A stretch of 56,171 nt of DNA, taken from IMG/VR virus record IMGVR_UViG_3300049489_000406, positions 1 through 56,171 of that record. One strand, given 5' to 3'. The first letter of the stretch is position 1; each line of letters begins with the position of its first letter. Positions 46,832 through 56,171 of the stretch are shown one piece after another. A program made the translations under genes and the position numbers. Source of the stretch: a virus (lineage: Duplodnaviria > Caudoviricetes). The notes under the pieces were generated by a model. The model searched no databases. It was not told the origin of the DNA and was given only the letters and a program-made list of their open reading frames with translations.

Positions 46832-47229
46832 ACTTTACTAGCCTGCTGAGTTTCTAGCCCTGTTTTTAATGCGTGAATTTCTAAGTACACGTCGTCTTCG
46901 TTTACGTTAATTATGCGAAGTATCTCATATCTGTAGTCTTTAAAAAGTATCCAATTTTCAGTGCTTAAATCACCTATATACTTTATATAAAACTTATGGG
47001 TGGGTAAATCCTCTTTAGCTACACTATCAGCTATTGCGTCGCCCTTTATCGTAACAATAGCTGCCCAAACCGATCCCATCTCTTCATAGTCGAAGCTGTA
47101 ATCTACAAGGTTTACTGATTGATAAGTAGGCGTAACAATAGCCTTCTTAAACAACGTTATCTTGTGCTTTAAATCGCCAAGGCATAACTTTGACTTTGTA
47201 AACTGTACATATTTGCACTTAGTGCTCAT
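46828..47229 (-). CDS. Head closure / head-tail adaptor (SPP1 gp16-like)
   Basis: GDLKHKITL, VWA.I..+.G, THKF.I.Y, YEI..I.N..E. Confidence 0.85.
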   Translation of the reverse strand: MSTKCKYVQFTKSKLCLGDLKHKITLFKKAIVTPTYQSVNLVDYSFDYEEMGSVWAAIVTIKGDAIADSVAKEDLPTHKFYIKYIGDLSTENWILFKDYRYEILRIINVNEDDVYLEIHALKTGLETQQASKV

Positions 47230-47855
47230 AACTCTAATATTCTATATTTATCGAGTATTGCTTTAGATGCACCGCTTAATACTTTCTGACATCCGCAGCT
47301 CGAAACATCAGAAACTCCGCAATCCCCACGGTTAGAGTATAAATCTGCAATAATCTGCATCATAGCTACTTGCAAATCCACGGGTACGTAGCTTTCATCG
47401 ACTCCGTACCCTGCGGTAAACTGAATGCGTATGACTTGCACCCTCTTTAACACGTCAGTTGGAAACGTCTTATCTGGAAGCTCTAGTATTTTGCTGTAAT
47501 CTATATCGTCAGTAGTGAAATAAGTATCGATAGGTACCACAGTCTCTACGTTATTAGTATTTAAGTACGTAAATAGGGTTAAAGTATCAAACGGTGAACG
47601 TTTTAGCAGTATTCCGCAGCACCCATCAGCATAAAAACAGTCTCTATAAGTTAGGAATTCCGTAGTTATTAAAACTCTTTTTGTGTATGACTCTATAAAC
47701 TCAGTAGCCGCCCTAATCAAAAAAGTTAATATAGCATCGTCATCATTTGTATCAATTTTTAAATACGATTTTAAAGTAGCCAAGGATATAGCAAGATTCG
47801 TTGGGAAACTTAGCTTGCGATACTGGCTATAATTAATGCATGCACTACTCTGCAT
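47226..47855 (-). CDS. Head-tail connector (HK97 gp6 / SPP1 gp15-like)
   Basis: SL..LK.YLKID...DD..L..LI.AA...IE.YT.R; FTAGYG...VP.DL..A. Confidence 0.9.
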   Translation of the reverse strand: MQSSACINYSQYRKLSFPTNLAISLATLKSYLKIDTNDDDAILTFLIRAATEFIESYTKRVLITTEFLTYRDCFYADGCCGILLKRSPFDTLTLFTYLNTNNVETVVPIDTYFTTDDIDYSKILELPDKTFPTDVLKRVQVIRIQFTAGYGVDESYVPVDLQVAMMQIIADLYSNRGDCGVSDVSSCGCQKVLSGASKAILDKYRILEL

Positions 47856-48078
47856 CTTTCCGCTTACTCTTTTTATACTCTGGTTTCTTGTCGAAATAGT
47901 CAGAATCTAAATACTTTTTAGATTCTGGCGCATCAATTAACCCAAGTTTTTCAAGATGCTTAACCTCGGACTCATGCATATTGTCTAAGGTTTCAGCGTG
48001 ATCATCATTAAAGTCAACGGGTATGTAGTGCAGTTTACCTTTAACTTTAAAGTAGAAGGGCTTGTTAACTTTTATCAT
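47845..48078 (-). CDS. Small hypothetical head-region protein
   Basis: Coupled ORF; L.KLGLI motif and basic tail. Confidence 0.6.
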   Translation of the reverse strand: MIKVNKPFYFKVKGKLHYIPVDFNDDHAETLDNMHESEVKHLEKLGLIDAPESKKYLDSDYFDKKPEYKKSKRKDAE

Positions 48079-48419
48079 ACAACTGTGCCGTAAGGTGCTT
48101 CTGATAGATGCGAAAACATAGCATAAATTGACGTATTAGCTACAGGGTTCGTAGCTGTAAGCTTAACATAGCGCTTACCCCCTACATAACCCAAAGCCGA
48201 TACACCGTCGCCAGTAAAAGCCGTAGCACCGATGAGCCAATTAGCGTCTACTGCTGCCCCGTCTGCTAGCGCAGAGTCGTTGCCATCCTCTAACGCAATC
48301 GTAGTAGTCGCACCGTGGCTGAACATAAACGTAAGCGCCTGCGCACCTTGTGTATCGATAATCGTGGTGCCCGATACGACATCGATCACACGGATCAAAC
48401 TTGCTTGATCTTTATTCAT
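48075..48419 (-). CDS. Putative capsid decoration protein
   Basis: Follows the capsid gene; IDT.G...L.F and GYVG.KRYV.L motifs. Confidence 0.6.
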   Translation of the reverse strand: MNKDQASLIRVIDVVSGTTIIDTQGAQALTFMFSHGATTTIALEDGNDSALADGAAVDANWLIGATAFTGDGVSALGYVGGKRYVKLTATNPVANTSIYAMFSHLSEAPYGTVV

Positions 48420-48444
48420 TTTTAACTCCAAATTTTTTGACTAT

Positions 48445-49650
48445 TTACACTGCATTTTTCAATACTACACCAGCTTCAGCAAGAATCACATGCCCGCCGA
48501 TGAATCTGTGCATCGTAATAGCGACCTGGTTGTTAGATGCTAACTCGCCGTAGATGTCGCGAATCACAAACGCTTGAAAGGCGTCTACAACTTCGTACAT
48601 ACGTCTAAAGTCCGCAAAGATTACGTTTTCAGTGTTTGCGTCGATCGTGCCAGGCATATCTGGAATCTCGATATACGGGTACCCATTGATCGCGTTAGGG
48701 TACCCTGCTGCCATGTTGCCCTGCTGCCATATGTACTGACCGTTACCGTCTTTTAACTTACGAATGTGTGCGGACACTTCACGACTGAATCCATACATTG
48801 GGTCGTACCCCGTTTTAAGTCTAGCAGCTAAATCAATCAAAGAGTCATATGTAAACGAGTTAGCTACACCTGAGTTAACGCGTAAAAGATTTGATACCGG
48901 ATTCATAAAGCCAAAAGGTTCATTAACGCCTGTCCCATTAACGAATGCGGCTCCCTCCCATTGCGCAAAGCGCTCAATCATGTCGTTCTGAATCTCAGCC
49001 TCAATATCAGTAAAGCCAGAAAGCAGAAGCTGCTGTGTTGCGATGACGCGACCAGATACGCGATGCATTTCTACAGAAGCTTTAGAATACGTCGACATGC
49101 TATCGGTAGCAGGTGTTCCCTCCTTAGCGCCGTACACTTGAACCAGAACATCACGTTTTACAACGCCACCTGTCAGCGTGTTAATTCGGCGGTTTTTAGC
49201 GTATTGACGAATACGAGAAACCTCGGTGATAGGCTTGATAATCATCGTGTCTAAGTCTTCCGGCGTCACAAGAAAACCACCATCGACATTATTGTCTGTG
49301 CGCATGTATGATTTTTCAATCTGACCCGTGGCTGCAAACTTTTGCAATGCTTTCACACACTCAGATTTTTGACGGTACTCTTTAGACCCTGACCCCATGC
49401 GGCATAGCTGCTTTTCAAGCATTTCAATCTGCCCGATAGCCTTGTCTGTATCCTCTTTTGATTTAGCTAGACGCGCCACAAGATCCTGATTAAGCTTTTC
49501 TTGCTCATCCATCTTCTTCGATACAACGTCTAGCTCTTTTTTCAAGGCTTCGCGCTTATCAGCAGTCATAGTTAAATCATTTTGTAGCTTCTCTGTAATA
49601 TCTCGTACAGACTTAAGCGCTACTGTGTACTCTTCATCTTTAGTCATCAT
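48445..49650 (-). CDS. HK97-fold major capsid protein with N-terminal delta domain
   Basis: Coiled-coil N-terminus; DGGFLV.P; AF.NGTG...P.G; KLKD.NGQY.W; FADF. Confidence 0.95.
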   Translation of the reverse strand: MMTKDEEYTVALKSVRDITEKLQNDLTMTADKREALKKELDVVSKKMDEQEKLNQDLVARLAKSKEDTDKAIGQIEMLEKQLCRMGSGSKEYRQKSECVKALQKFAATGQIEKSYMRTDNNVDGGFLVTPEDLDTMIIKPITEVSRIRQYAKNRRINTLTGGVVKRDVLVQVYGAKEGTPATDSMSTYSKASVEMHRVSGRVIATQQLLLSGFTDIEAEIQNDMIERFAQWEGAAFVNGTGVNEPFGFMNPVSNLLRVNSGVANSFTYDSLIDLAARLKTGYDPMYGFSREVSAHIRKLKDGNGQYIWQQGNMAAGYPNAINGYPYIEIPDMPGTIDANTENVIFADFRRMYEVVDAFQAFVIRDIYGELASNNQVAITMHRFIGGHVILAEAGVVLKNAV

Positions 49651-50651
49651 AACAACCCTTTTAATTTTTCCAAACCCGACAACAACTCTTTTACTTGTAG
49701 CTCTCTATCATCTTCACATCGAACATACTCACTATGCCCGTCCGCTAAGAACTTAGACGCTAAAAAAACCGCAGCCGATTTTGAAAAATAACCAGACTCT
49801 CTCAAGCAATTTTCAAAGTCCCTACGATTAAACTTTTTAACTTCATCAACAGTTAAACATACGCGCTCAAACGGGTTAGACTTACCCATGCGTGCATAAT
49901 ACTCTACAACAACTGAACGCTCGTCCTCTGAAAAATTAGACTTTTTAATAGTATCTACTGCTGCAAATAAAGCTGCTGGTACTACTTTCAACTCCCCATC
50001 TATGACATCTGCGATAAGGCTCTTATAAGATGTAAAGTCTTCACTATCAGAGTATGATACAAAAGCGCTTTTATATTCTAAACTGGGCTTATCTATTGAA
50101 GCTGTAAACTCTCTCACTCTTTTTAACGCTTCTTCTGCATTCCAAGGCGTGTCTAAGTCTGCTATGTTAAGCATTTTTGAATGAGTGAAGCTCTTAAAAT
50201 TAGTAATGTCAGCCTTTGGGTTGGCGGGAAAAGTCACAAGTGATGTCTCATACACATCTGCTTTAGTGATATAACGCTTGCCCTCTTTACGCACGGCATC
50301 TTTTAGAAACATGCCAACCGAAAAACTCTTAACAGAACCTACGCGCAACTGAGGCATTACCCTATTTGCGACAAAATCATCGGACTTGGGCATCTTAGCG
50401 TTGAGGTACAAGCCTTTCTCTGTGTCTTTTAGCGTTCCAACACCGATAGGATTTTCTGGGCTATGCTGCCAGAGTATTTTTAATGCGTTGTTACTCTTCA
50501 ATGACTCCGTAAAAGCCCCTGGTGATATAACATCATTATCGTAATCAGTATTATTATACGTAGACGCGTACCCTTCTACATAATGATAATCACTATCTGC
50601 GTCGGATTTAACTATAAACTCGTAATCGCAGTATTTCTTTATTACGTGCAT
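49647..50651 (-). CDS. HK97-type prohead protease with C-terminal extension
   Basis: EGYAS.Y...D...DVI.PGAF, LWQH..PIG, SFSVG, ETSLVTFPANP.A. Confidence 0.95.
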   Translation of the reverse strand: MHVIKKYCDYEFIVKSDADSDYHYVEGYASTYNNTDYDNDVISPGAFTESLKSNNALKILWQHSPENPIGVGTLKDTEKGLYLNAKMPKSDDFVANRVMPQLRVGSVKSFSVGMFLKDAVRKEGKRYITKADVYETSLVTFPANPKADITNFKSFTHSKMLNIADLDTPWNAEEALKRVREFTASIDKPSLEYKSAFVSYSDSEDFTSYKSLIADVIDGELKVVPAALFAAVDTIKKSNFSEDERSVVVEYYARMGKSNPFERVCLTVDEVKKFNRRDFENCLRESGYFSKSAAVFLASKFLADGHSEYVRCEDDRELQVKELLSGLEKLKGLL

Positions 50652-50676
50652 ATCTACGCCTTAAGATTTTATACGC

Positions 50677-51384
50677 TCAAAAGTATATTGCACTGCAACG
50701 ACAATTGCAAATATTTGATGCAGTGGCTCCATGCATAGTGTCGCCAGGGTATAATAAGCTTTCTCCATTCACTATAAATAGCTCTTTAGTGTTAACAGTC
50801 TGACCAAAGGCATCACCATGCCATTTTCTCTCTCTGCCGTCTAATATCGTAACCCACGACTTTTTAGCTTGAGACTCAGAAGCAATCACATATTTTTTAC
50901 TCTCTACAGCGTTTTGAGTTTCAGTTACAGCAATTAGCTTACGTCTAGCTTCGGCATGCTGCTTAAATAGCGTTTCTTTTAACTTCTCATCTAGAGAAGC
51001 CTCACCCTCAATTTTATCCTGCACTTTTTTGAAATCCGACATCAGCGTGTGCAAAATCACACCTGTGCGAACAGCTAAAAGTGACACTATTAGCTTACTA
51101 AATGCCGCGTTACTGTCTTGCTGTTCGCTTCTGCCCTGTTCCGCAGTGTTGGCTACGCTGTATAACTCACTTGTTACTAACACGTTTATGCGTTCGTAAT
51201 GTTTTAGCAATATCGCGTATAAAATATCATTTATCTTAATCATGCTTCCGTTTGTAAACTTGCTCATAAAATACCTAAGCACGTAAATAAAGAAAGCTAT
51301 TAATTCTTTCTCAAGTTTCCTCTCCTGTTTGATCTTCAACGCTCTGTCTTTGTTGTGTGCTCGTATCTGTTCCTGTTGCGTCAT
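50677..51384 (-). CDS. Mu gpF / SPP1 gp7-like head morphogenesis protein
   Basis: IA.TET, K.W....D.R.R..H, F.V.G..L.YPGD, NCRC. Confidence 0.88.
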   Translation of the reverse strand: MTQQEQIRAHNKDRALKIKQERKLEKELIAFFIYVLRYFMSKFTNGSMIKINDILYAILLKHYERINVLVTSELYSVANTAEQGRSEQQDSNAAFSKLIVSLLAVRTGVILHTLMSDFKKVQDKIEGEASLDEKLKETLFKQHAEARRKLIAVTETQNAVESKKYVIASESQAKKSWVTILDGRERKWHGDAFGQTVNTKELFIVNGESLLYPGDTMHGATASNICNCRCSAIYF

Positions 51385-52660
51385 ACACGTTATTCTCGCC
51401 TACTGGGACTTGCGTAGTTTGAACATAAACATCATCACCACCGCTATCCAGCTTAGGATCACCACGCATCTCCCGTATCTCATTGTAAGTGTAAGCCCCT
51501 GATGCTGTTTTATCTTTTATAATGTTAGACTTTCTAACAGCTAATGCGGCTATCTCATTCTCATCATAAGTTAAAGTGTACCTAGAATTATCAATCTTAC
51601 CGTAAAAAAATAATAAGTCTTCAAGCTGTTTATACAGTGTCTTCACAAGCGGGATGACGGCATTGTCATACAACATCAAGCTTGCAACTTCTAAATTGTT
51701 ATACGTCATAGCTTGATTAGACACTAAAGCCGCCGGTATCTCTAAACGTCTATATATCGACGCTTCTGTGTTCTGCCTTAACACTTGAAAGTCTGAATCT
51801 GTGCGGTTGCTTTGACCGTCAAGGCTTCTAAAATCCATACCCTCCTCAAGCAGCATAATATCCCCAGCATTTTGAGCGCCAGAATAGAATCTATGCACGC
51901 TATCCCTCAGTCTATCTTTTTGATCTTGAGATAAACCGAAATTAGCGACTATCATACCAGACGGCTTAACGCCTTTTTTTAGTCTTGATATGTTATGCTT
52001 TGAAAGACCAATCATCTGCTCAATATCATATGAAACAGCAACTAGTTTAGAGATTCCAAAACTCGAACCTTTAAATCTCGTATCGTAATTTCTGATAAGT
52101 CGCGCAAACTTAGTGCCGTTTTGTGATACGTAAAAAGCGGGGTTTGAAGACTCATCGAGCGTAAAAACCTCATTGTAACCTTCTTTATTAACACTTACAG
52201 TTTTAGCACTGCTGTTTATAGTGCCTTGCAAACTGTCAAGCAAATTAAGGTATTGAGGCTCAACATATGCTAATTCTTGAAGTTTAGATATTCCAGTAGC
52301 CGCTAAGAAAACATTACCGAAAATCTGATATGTGTTAGATAAATTATATATAAATTGATACTGAGTCATAGATGAATTGGGAGATTTAAGTGCATAAAGT
52401 ATGTCATGATCTACATATACTTTATTTACTTTATCGTAAAGCTTTGGCTCGATAGCTGCAACTTCTTTGCTTATTCTATCTATACCGTCAGCCACGGCAG
52501 GGCATCTAGTGTAATAATTTTCTAAACAGTAAAAAGCAACAATACTATCTCCGCTATCGATAGCATTGCATAAAAATGATCCGAAAGTACTCGTGCTACA
52601 GCTTTTAGTTTCTACGCTGTTATCAAATTTATGCTTAGATAGTCTCTTAAATAGCCGCAC
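51311..52660 (-). CDS. HK97-family portal protein
   Basis: L..PN..MT...F, GN.F, G.S.L, G..PSG, Y.G..NAG..+LLE.G, TY.N, T.NEIR...G. Confidence 0.95.
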   Translation of the reverse strand: MRLFKRLSKHKFDNSVETKSCSTSTFGSFLCNAIDSGDSIVAFYCLENYYTRCPAVADGIDRISKEVAAIEPKLYDKVNKVYVDHDILYALKSPNSSMTQYQFIYNLSNTYQIFGNVFLAATGISKLQELAYVEPQYLNLLDSLQGTINSSAKTVSVNKEGYNEVFTLDESSNPAFYVSQNGTKFARLIRNYDTRFKGSSFGISKLVAVSYDIEQMIGLSKHNISRLKKGVKPSGMIVANFGLSQDQKDRLRDSVHRFYSGAQNAGDIMLLEEGMDFRSLDGQSNRTDSDFQVLRQNTEASIYRRLEIPAALVSNQAMTYNNLEVASLMLYDNAVIPLVKTLYKQLEDLLFFYGKIDNSRYTLTYDENEIAALAVRKSNIIKDKTASGAYTYNEIREMRGDPKLDSGGDDVYVQTTQVPVGENNVYDATGTDTSTQQRQSVEDQTGEET

Positions 52661-52669
52661 GGTTACGTC

Positions 52670-53914
52670 TTAAAACACATCAAAACCAGGATTATTAGCA
52701 TTATTCATTAAATAAGTCAATCCGTGCACTAAAGCATCTAAACGATTTGGCGATCTTAACGTTTCAAGCGGCACGTATTCTGTCATCTCACTTTCTAAAT
52801 CGTTCAAGCCAGGCGGGTGATAAACTCTACCCTCTTCATACAGATATAGCACCGCATCGGCTCTCACATGCTTACCCACTTTAGAATGTACTTTAACTAC
52901 TCGCGCTGTAGAATTAAGCGTTTTTAAATATGTCTTTAGAAGATCACCTACACCGTTTGACTCATACACTATGCAATTTGCTCTATACATATTGTACGCA
53001 TTCACAACTATATTGCCCCACGCCCCTGGGGATGTACGTGTCGAGAGATCAGCGATAACATTGACCCCGTGCCCGTCCGTACCTAAAACTACAATACCCA
53101 CCATATCCGAATTCTCACCTGATGTAGTCGAGGGATCAACAGCTACGCATATGCGACTTTCAACTACTTTCTTCGCTGCATTGGCATAGATAATGTGATT
53201 GTAGTTAAATATCGCACCAATTTTGTCGCTCAAAAACTCACCGTGTTCAAAACGCGCTCGCTCTCTACTTGACATAGACGCAAGCACTTTTGTTATATAG
53301 TCTGAGTTTATGTTATCCGCATTATCAACGGGATTCATTTTTAAGTACGCAAAATCCTCAGGACTTGCGAGTTTAATTTTTGATATAGGGTCGACTTTTT
53401 CTACGAACAGCTTATAAGTCCAGTGCGACATCGATGGTGGATTGCAACCGTAAAAAATCTTATTCTTAAGCTGAGTTTTTTCAGCGAGTCGCGACAGTAC
53501 GATAGCGCGTGACTCATAGCTTATCTGTGAGCACTCTTCTAAAAATATCGTAGAAAACTCATTACCCAATATTTTTTCTGTTCGCTCTTTATCGTCAAGC
53601 CCGCCAAAAAGAATACGTGAGCCGTTGGGTAACTCAAGATAGTAATCTGTTCTGTTGAGATGCACTTTAAGCTCAGGAAAACACACGCTCAGAAGCTTCG
53701 GTAACGTGCCATTCAAGATTGAAGTTTTAAGATGATTGAATCTCTTTCTAAAAACTGCATGATTACTCTTACACTTGAGTGCTCGAATAATCAGATTACG
53801 CATATTGATAAACGTCTTGCCAGATCGTGCGCCGCCGCACAGCATTATGTGCGTTGCAGCAGAGGCGTGCAGCGCTGTAGCTTCTATCTGTTTAGCTGTC
53901 TTTACAAAAGACAC
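52670..53914 (-). CDS. terL: Terminase large subunit
   Basis: GGARSGKT Walker A, FLEE, CNPP; nuclease VAVDP...D..GIVV; SPNRLDA. Confidence 0.95.
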   Translation of the reverse strand: MSFVKTAKQIEATALHASAATHIMLCGGARSGKTFINMRNLIIRALKCKSNHAVFRKRFNHLKTSILNGTLPKLLSVCFPELKVHLNRTDYYLELPNGSRILFGGLDDKERTEKILGNEFSTIFLEECSQISYESRAIVLSRLAEKTQLKNKIFYGCNPPSMSHWTYKLFVEKVDPISKIKLASPEDFAYLKMNPVDNADNINSDYITKVLASMSSRERARFEHGEFLSDKIGAIFNYNHIIYANAAKKVVESRICVAVDPSTTSGENSDMVGIVVLGTDGHGVNVIADLSTRTSPGAWGNIVVNAYNMYRANCIVYESNGVGDLLKTYLKTLNSTARVVKVHSKVGKHVRADAVLYLYEEGRVYHPPGLNDLESEMTEYVPLETLRSPNRLDALVHGLTYLMNNANNPGFDVF

Positions 53915-53945
53915 TCACAAGTCCTAACATGCCAATTATTTTAAG

Positions 53946-53974
53946 ATGTTAACTACATTAATGGTGCAGTGCAA
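53946..53974 (-). promoter_or_regulatory. Candidate late promoter for the terL operon
   Basis: TTGCAC-17 bp-TAACAT; TTGCACTGCA is shared with the terS upstream region. Confidence 0.45.
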
Positions 53975-54020
53975 CAGCGCTAAGGGTCAGCAACTGCAAG
54001 GATTCTCACAATTTCTACAG

Positions 54021-54079
54021 ATATTTGAGTAAAACTATTGACACTAGTGTTAAGTCTTGATATGATGATCTCAAGTTAA
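54021..54079 (+). promoter_or_regulatory. 59-bp promoter repeat, copy 1
   Basis: TTGACA(54038)-17 bp-TATGAT; palindrome ACACTAGTGT overlaps the -35. Confidence 0.92.
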
Positions 54080-54106
54080 ACAAATAAACAGATAGGGTAG
54101 AAAAAA

Positions 54107-54685
54107 ATGTTTAAATTGCTATCGGAAACGTTAATCAATCTCGAAGACAAATTTAAAGAGTGCTACTTAAATTCAGGCGATGACATACAAAACCTAATAT
54201 TAATAAATCTTAACATACGTTACTCTGAATATATGGACATTACTTATGAATCCAGGACTGATTTAATAGACACAATAAAATCATTGCTAGGCAACGAAGA
54301 TAAGTGCCACGAAGAAGTAAATTATCTATTCTACATATTTAACTGTACACTTGGTAGTGAGATAGTAAAATTTATGAGAACAACCTCACTAATGCTCTAT
54401 TATAAAGAAGTAAAAACGTATGGGGACAATAAAAATGGGAGCGTTTGCATGATACGAAGAAACAGAAACAGCGAACCTCAAGCGCACAAACTAGTATGCG
54501 GGTTAAAATTTAGATCAAACGCGCTAAAAGACTTTAGAATAGCCACATTAAAATCTTTTATAGCCTTCTATCTAGAAGAAACAAGAGAAAATATGGGACA
54601 CGGAATATACTCAGCGTGCTACGACAATCTGCTAAAAGCGGACGAAATACTAATGCGTGAAGAAGACTACAAGCAAACAAAATAA
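54107..54685 (+). CDS. Hypothetical early-cassette protein
   Basis: Directly downstream of repeat copy 1. Confidence 0.75.
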   Translation: MFKLLSETLINLEDKFKECYLNSGDDIQNLILINLNIRYSEYMDITYESRTDLIDTIKSLLGNEDKCHEEVNYLFYIFNCTLGSEIVKFMRTTSLMLYYKEVKTYGDNKNGSVCMIRRNRNSEPQAHKLVCGLKFRSNALKDFRIATLKSFIAFYLEETRENMGHGIYSACYDNLLKADEILMREEDYKQTK

Positions 54686-54688
54686 AAA

Positions 54689-54747
54689 ATATTTGAATAA
54701 AACTATTGACACAAGTGTTAAGTCTTGATATGATGATCTCAAGTTAA
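54689..54747 (+). promoter_or_regulatory. 59-bp promoter repeat, copy 2
   Basis: TTGACA(54706)-17 bp-TATGAT. Confidence 0.92.
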
Positions 54748-54776
54748 GCAGTTAAACAAAACTAAAAGGCGAAAAA

Positions 54777-55019
54777 ATGAATCAAGAAGACATCAAAAAA
54801 GTATACGAAATGTTAAAAAGCCGTACTATACACCCGCGCGGAAGTTTCGATGACGCTGGCAGGTGGTATGCTAATAATGACGACTTAATAAACGTGAGAG
54901 CACCCAGCCGTGCATTTCCATATTCTCAAATGAATGCGTGCAGAACATTAAAGTACGTGAAAGCTGTAGCTGAAAAATTTAGCTGCGAAACAGTTGAAGA
55001 GTTAAAGCTAAGAGTGTAG
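54777..55019 (+). CDS. Small phage protein of unknown function
   Basis: HP.G.FD.AGRWY...VRAPSRA.PYS....CRT, a pattern I recall from other phage early proteins. Confidence 0.7.
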   Translation: MNQEDIKKVYEMLKSRTIHPRGSFDDAGRWYANNDDLINVRAPSRAFPYSQMNACRTLKYVKAVAEKFSCETVEELKLRV

Positions 55020-55024
55020 ATAAT

Positions 55025-55210
55025 ATGTATCAAGTGATCGTTGTAAATAGCATAGAGTATCTAGTAAAAGAGAACGAAAACACCGCAGTAGTATATCAAA
55101 AAGTTAAAAAGGATTTCAAATACGTATGTACTTTAGAAATACCTGATAGCACCGCCACACACTACATAGCAAATTGGCTACTTAACTGCACAAAAAGTGA
55201 AAATATTTGA
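55025..55210 (+). CDS. Hypothetical early-cassette protein
   Basis: ORF ending inside repeat copy 3. Confidence 0.6.
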   Translation: MYQVIVVNSIEYLVKENENTAVVYQKVKKDFKYVCTLEIPDSTATHYIANWLLNCTKSENI

Positions 55211-55261
55211 ATAAAACTATTGACACTAGTGTTAAGTGCTGATATGATGATCTCAAGTTAA
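55203..55261 (+). promoter_or_regulatory. 59-bp promoter repeat, copy 3
   Basis: TTGACA(55220)-17 bp-TATGAT. Confidence 0.92.
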
Positions 55262-55291
55262 ACGAATAAACGAAACAAACAGGATAGAAAA

Positions 55292-55615
55292 ATGAAGCAT
55301 CAAAACGTAATAGCACTAACAAACAGAGTAGGCAAATTAGTATCAGAACATGAAGTGAAATTCACATTTAACGACTACATCGATGACGATTGCAGAGTAG
55401 ATCAGTACGCAAGAGTGACTGTATATAAATACGAAAAAGAATCAATCATAAAAGTAGAAAAATCAGGCTGGGTAAAATCTTTTTACATGCAACCCGAGGA
55501 TGACATTATAGAGATGCTACTATCGATGCCCACGGGGAATGGTGTAGTTAAAACGATGACACGCAGAGAATTTAATTCTATCTTTGACGTAAATAAAGGT
55601 TTTATCTTATTTTAA
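55292..55615 (+). CDS. Hypothetical early-cassette protein
   Basis: AGGA RBS; stop codon overlaps the terS stop (TTAA). Confidence 0.7.
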   Translation: MKHQNVIALTNRVGKLVSEHEVKFTFNDYIDDDCRVDQYARVTVYKYEKESIIKVEKSGWVKSFYMQPEDDIIEMLLSMPTGNGVVKTMTRREFNSIFDVNKGFILF

Positions 55616-55965
55616 AGCGCAGCATCTTGATAGTCTAACACTACTTTCTGCTCAATCTGTGGTTTTTCAACTTCTCCCGTTTCTCTCCATCCTGCCATCG
55701 CGCCGAGATAGTACTTTGCAGCGGGTAGGCTGCCGTCCATTGCTTGTTGCAGTACGACATCTGCGACTTTGTTGATAGCTTTTGCCCTGCCCCTTGCAAC
55801 AGCCGCTTGATACTCGGGCACTTCATTGACGCGCCGCACAAAGTCCAAAACATTAATGTTAAGAATAGCTGCAATCTGCGCAACGCTCAAAGTCCGCGCG
55901 AGCTTTTCAATCTCTTCAAGTTTTTTATCTTTTGCCATGCTTTCCAACGCCGTAACTGTTGACAA
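55612..55965 (-). CDS. terS: Probable terminase small subunit (HTH)
   Basis: LSVAQIAAILNI HTH; A..RGRA.A...V...+...A..G...A..YYL....GWRE; true start may be the ATG of MAKDKK. Confidence 0.75.
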   Translation of the reverse strand: MSTVTALESMAKDKKLEEIEKLARTLSVAQIAAILNINVLDFVRRVNEVPEYQAAVARGRAKAINKVADVVLQQAMDGSLPAAKYYLGAMAGWRETGEVEKPQIEQKVVLDYQDAAL

Positions 55966-56030
55966 AACAAATATTACACGTTTATATTAGATATTGCGAT
56001 ATTCTCTGCAGTGCAAAGCAGCATTGTAGC

Positions 56031-56171
56031 TACCCATCTCTATCACCCATCTCTATCACCCATCTCTATCACCCATCTCTATCACCCATCTCTATCACCC
56101 ATCTCTATCACCCATCTCTATCACCCATCTCTATCACCCATCTCTATCACCCATCTCTATCACCCATCTCT
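56031..56171. repeat. 13-bp tandem repeat (CACCCATCTCTAT, about 11 copies) running off the window end
   Basis: Nine perfect copies from 56044, one near-perfect copy before them and a truncated final copy. Confidence 0.97.

Noticed and set aside
54021-55261. 59-bp repeats as a CRISPR array or integron attC sites
   Set aside because: The intervals are 450-610 bp whole genes and the repeats are consensus promoters; there is no cas operon or integrase
56031-56171. The four-finger protein binding the 13-bp repeat; also a TCTCTATCAC match to a tetO half-site
   Set aside because: Finger 4 (QSSNL.K) canonically reads (G/T)AA and the repeat has no AA on either strand; the tetO match is a non-palindromic half-site and likely chance
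1-56171. Prophage or temperate lifestyle
   Set aside because: No integrase, CI/Cro pair, partition genes or flanking host genes were recognised

Overview
The window looks like a near-complete (~56 kb, AT-rich) genome of a tailed myovirus of a Gram-negative bacterium. I found no integrase or CI-type repressor. The + strand (0.3-30.3 kb) carries an APSE-like replication module: primase-helicase, DUF2800 nuclease, DUF2815 SSB, family-A polymerase, VRR-NUC and SNF2 helicase. A long accessory/counter-defence region follows, with small lipoproteins, a NARP1-like NAD-rebuilding pair, a HAD phosphatase plus RtcB, five DUF4116-repeat genes, three DUF285/BspA units, an MTase, split NrdJa/NrdJb and a SLOG protein. 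After it comes a putative lysis region with spanins but no recognisable endolysin. The - strand (30.3-56 kb) carries an HK97-type head and a Mu-like contractile tail. The most striking observations are four. (1) An orphan split-intein-C-like peptide is fused to four eukaryote-style C2H2 zinc fingers. (2) A diverged 41-codon copy of the phage's own portal gene is fused onto a DUF4116 protein, possibly as a decoy. (3) Gene cassettes, each headed by the same 59-bp promoter repeat, sit antisense between terS and terL. (4) Accessory genes are repeatedly bracketed by direct repeats of their RBS/start junctions. All family assignments come from motif recognition by eye; no database searches were run.
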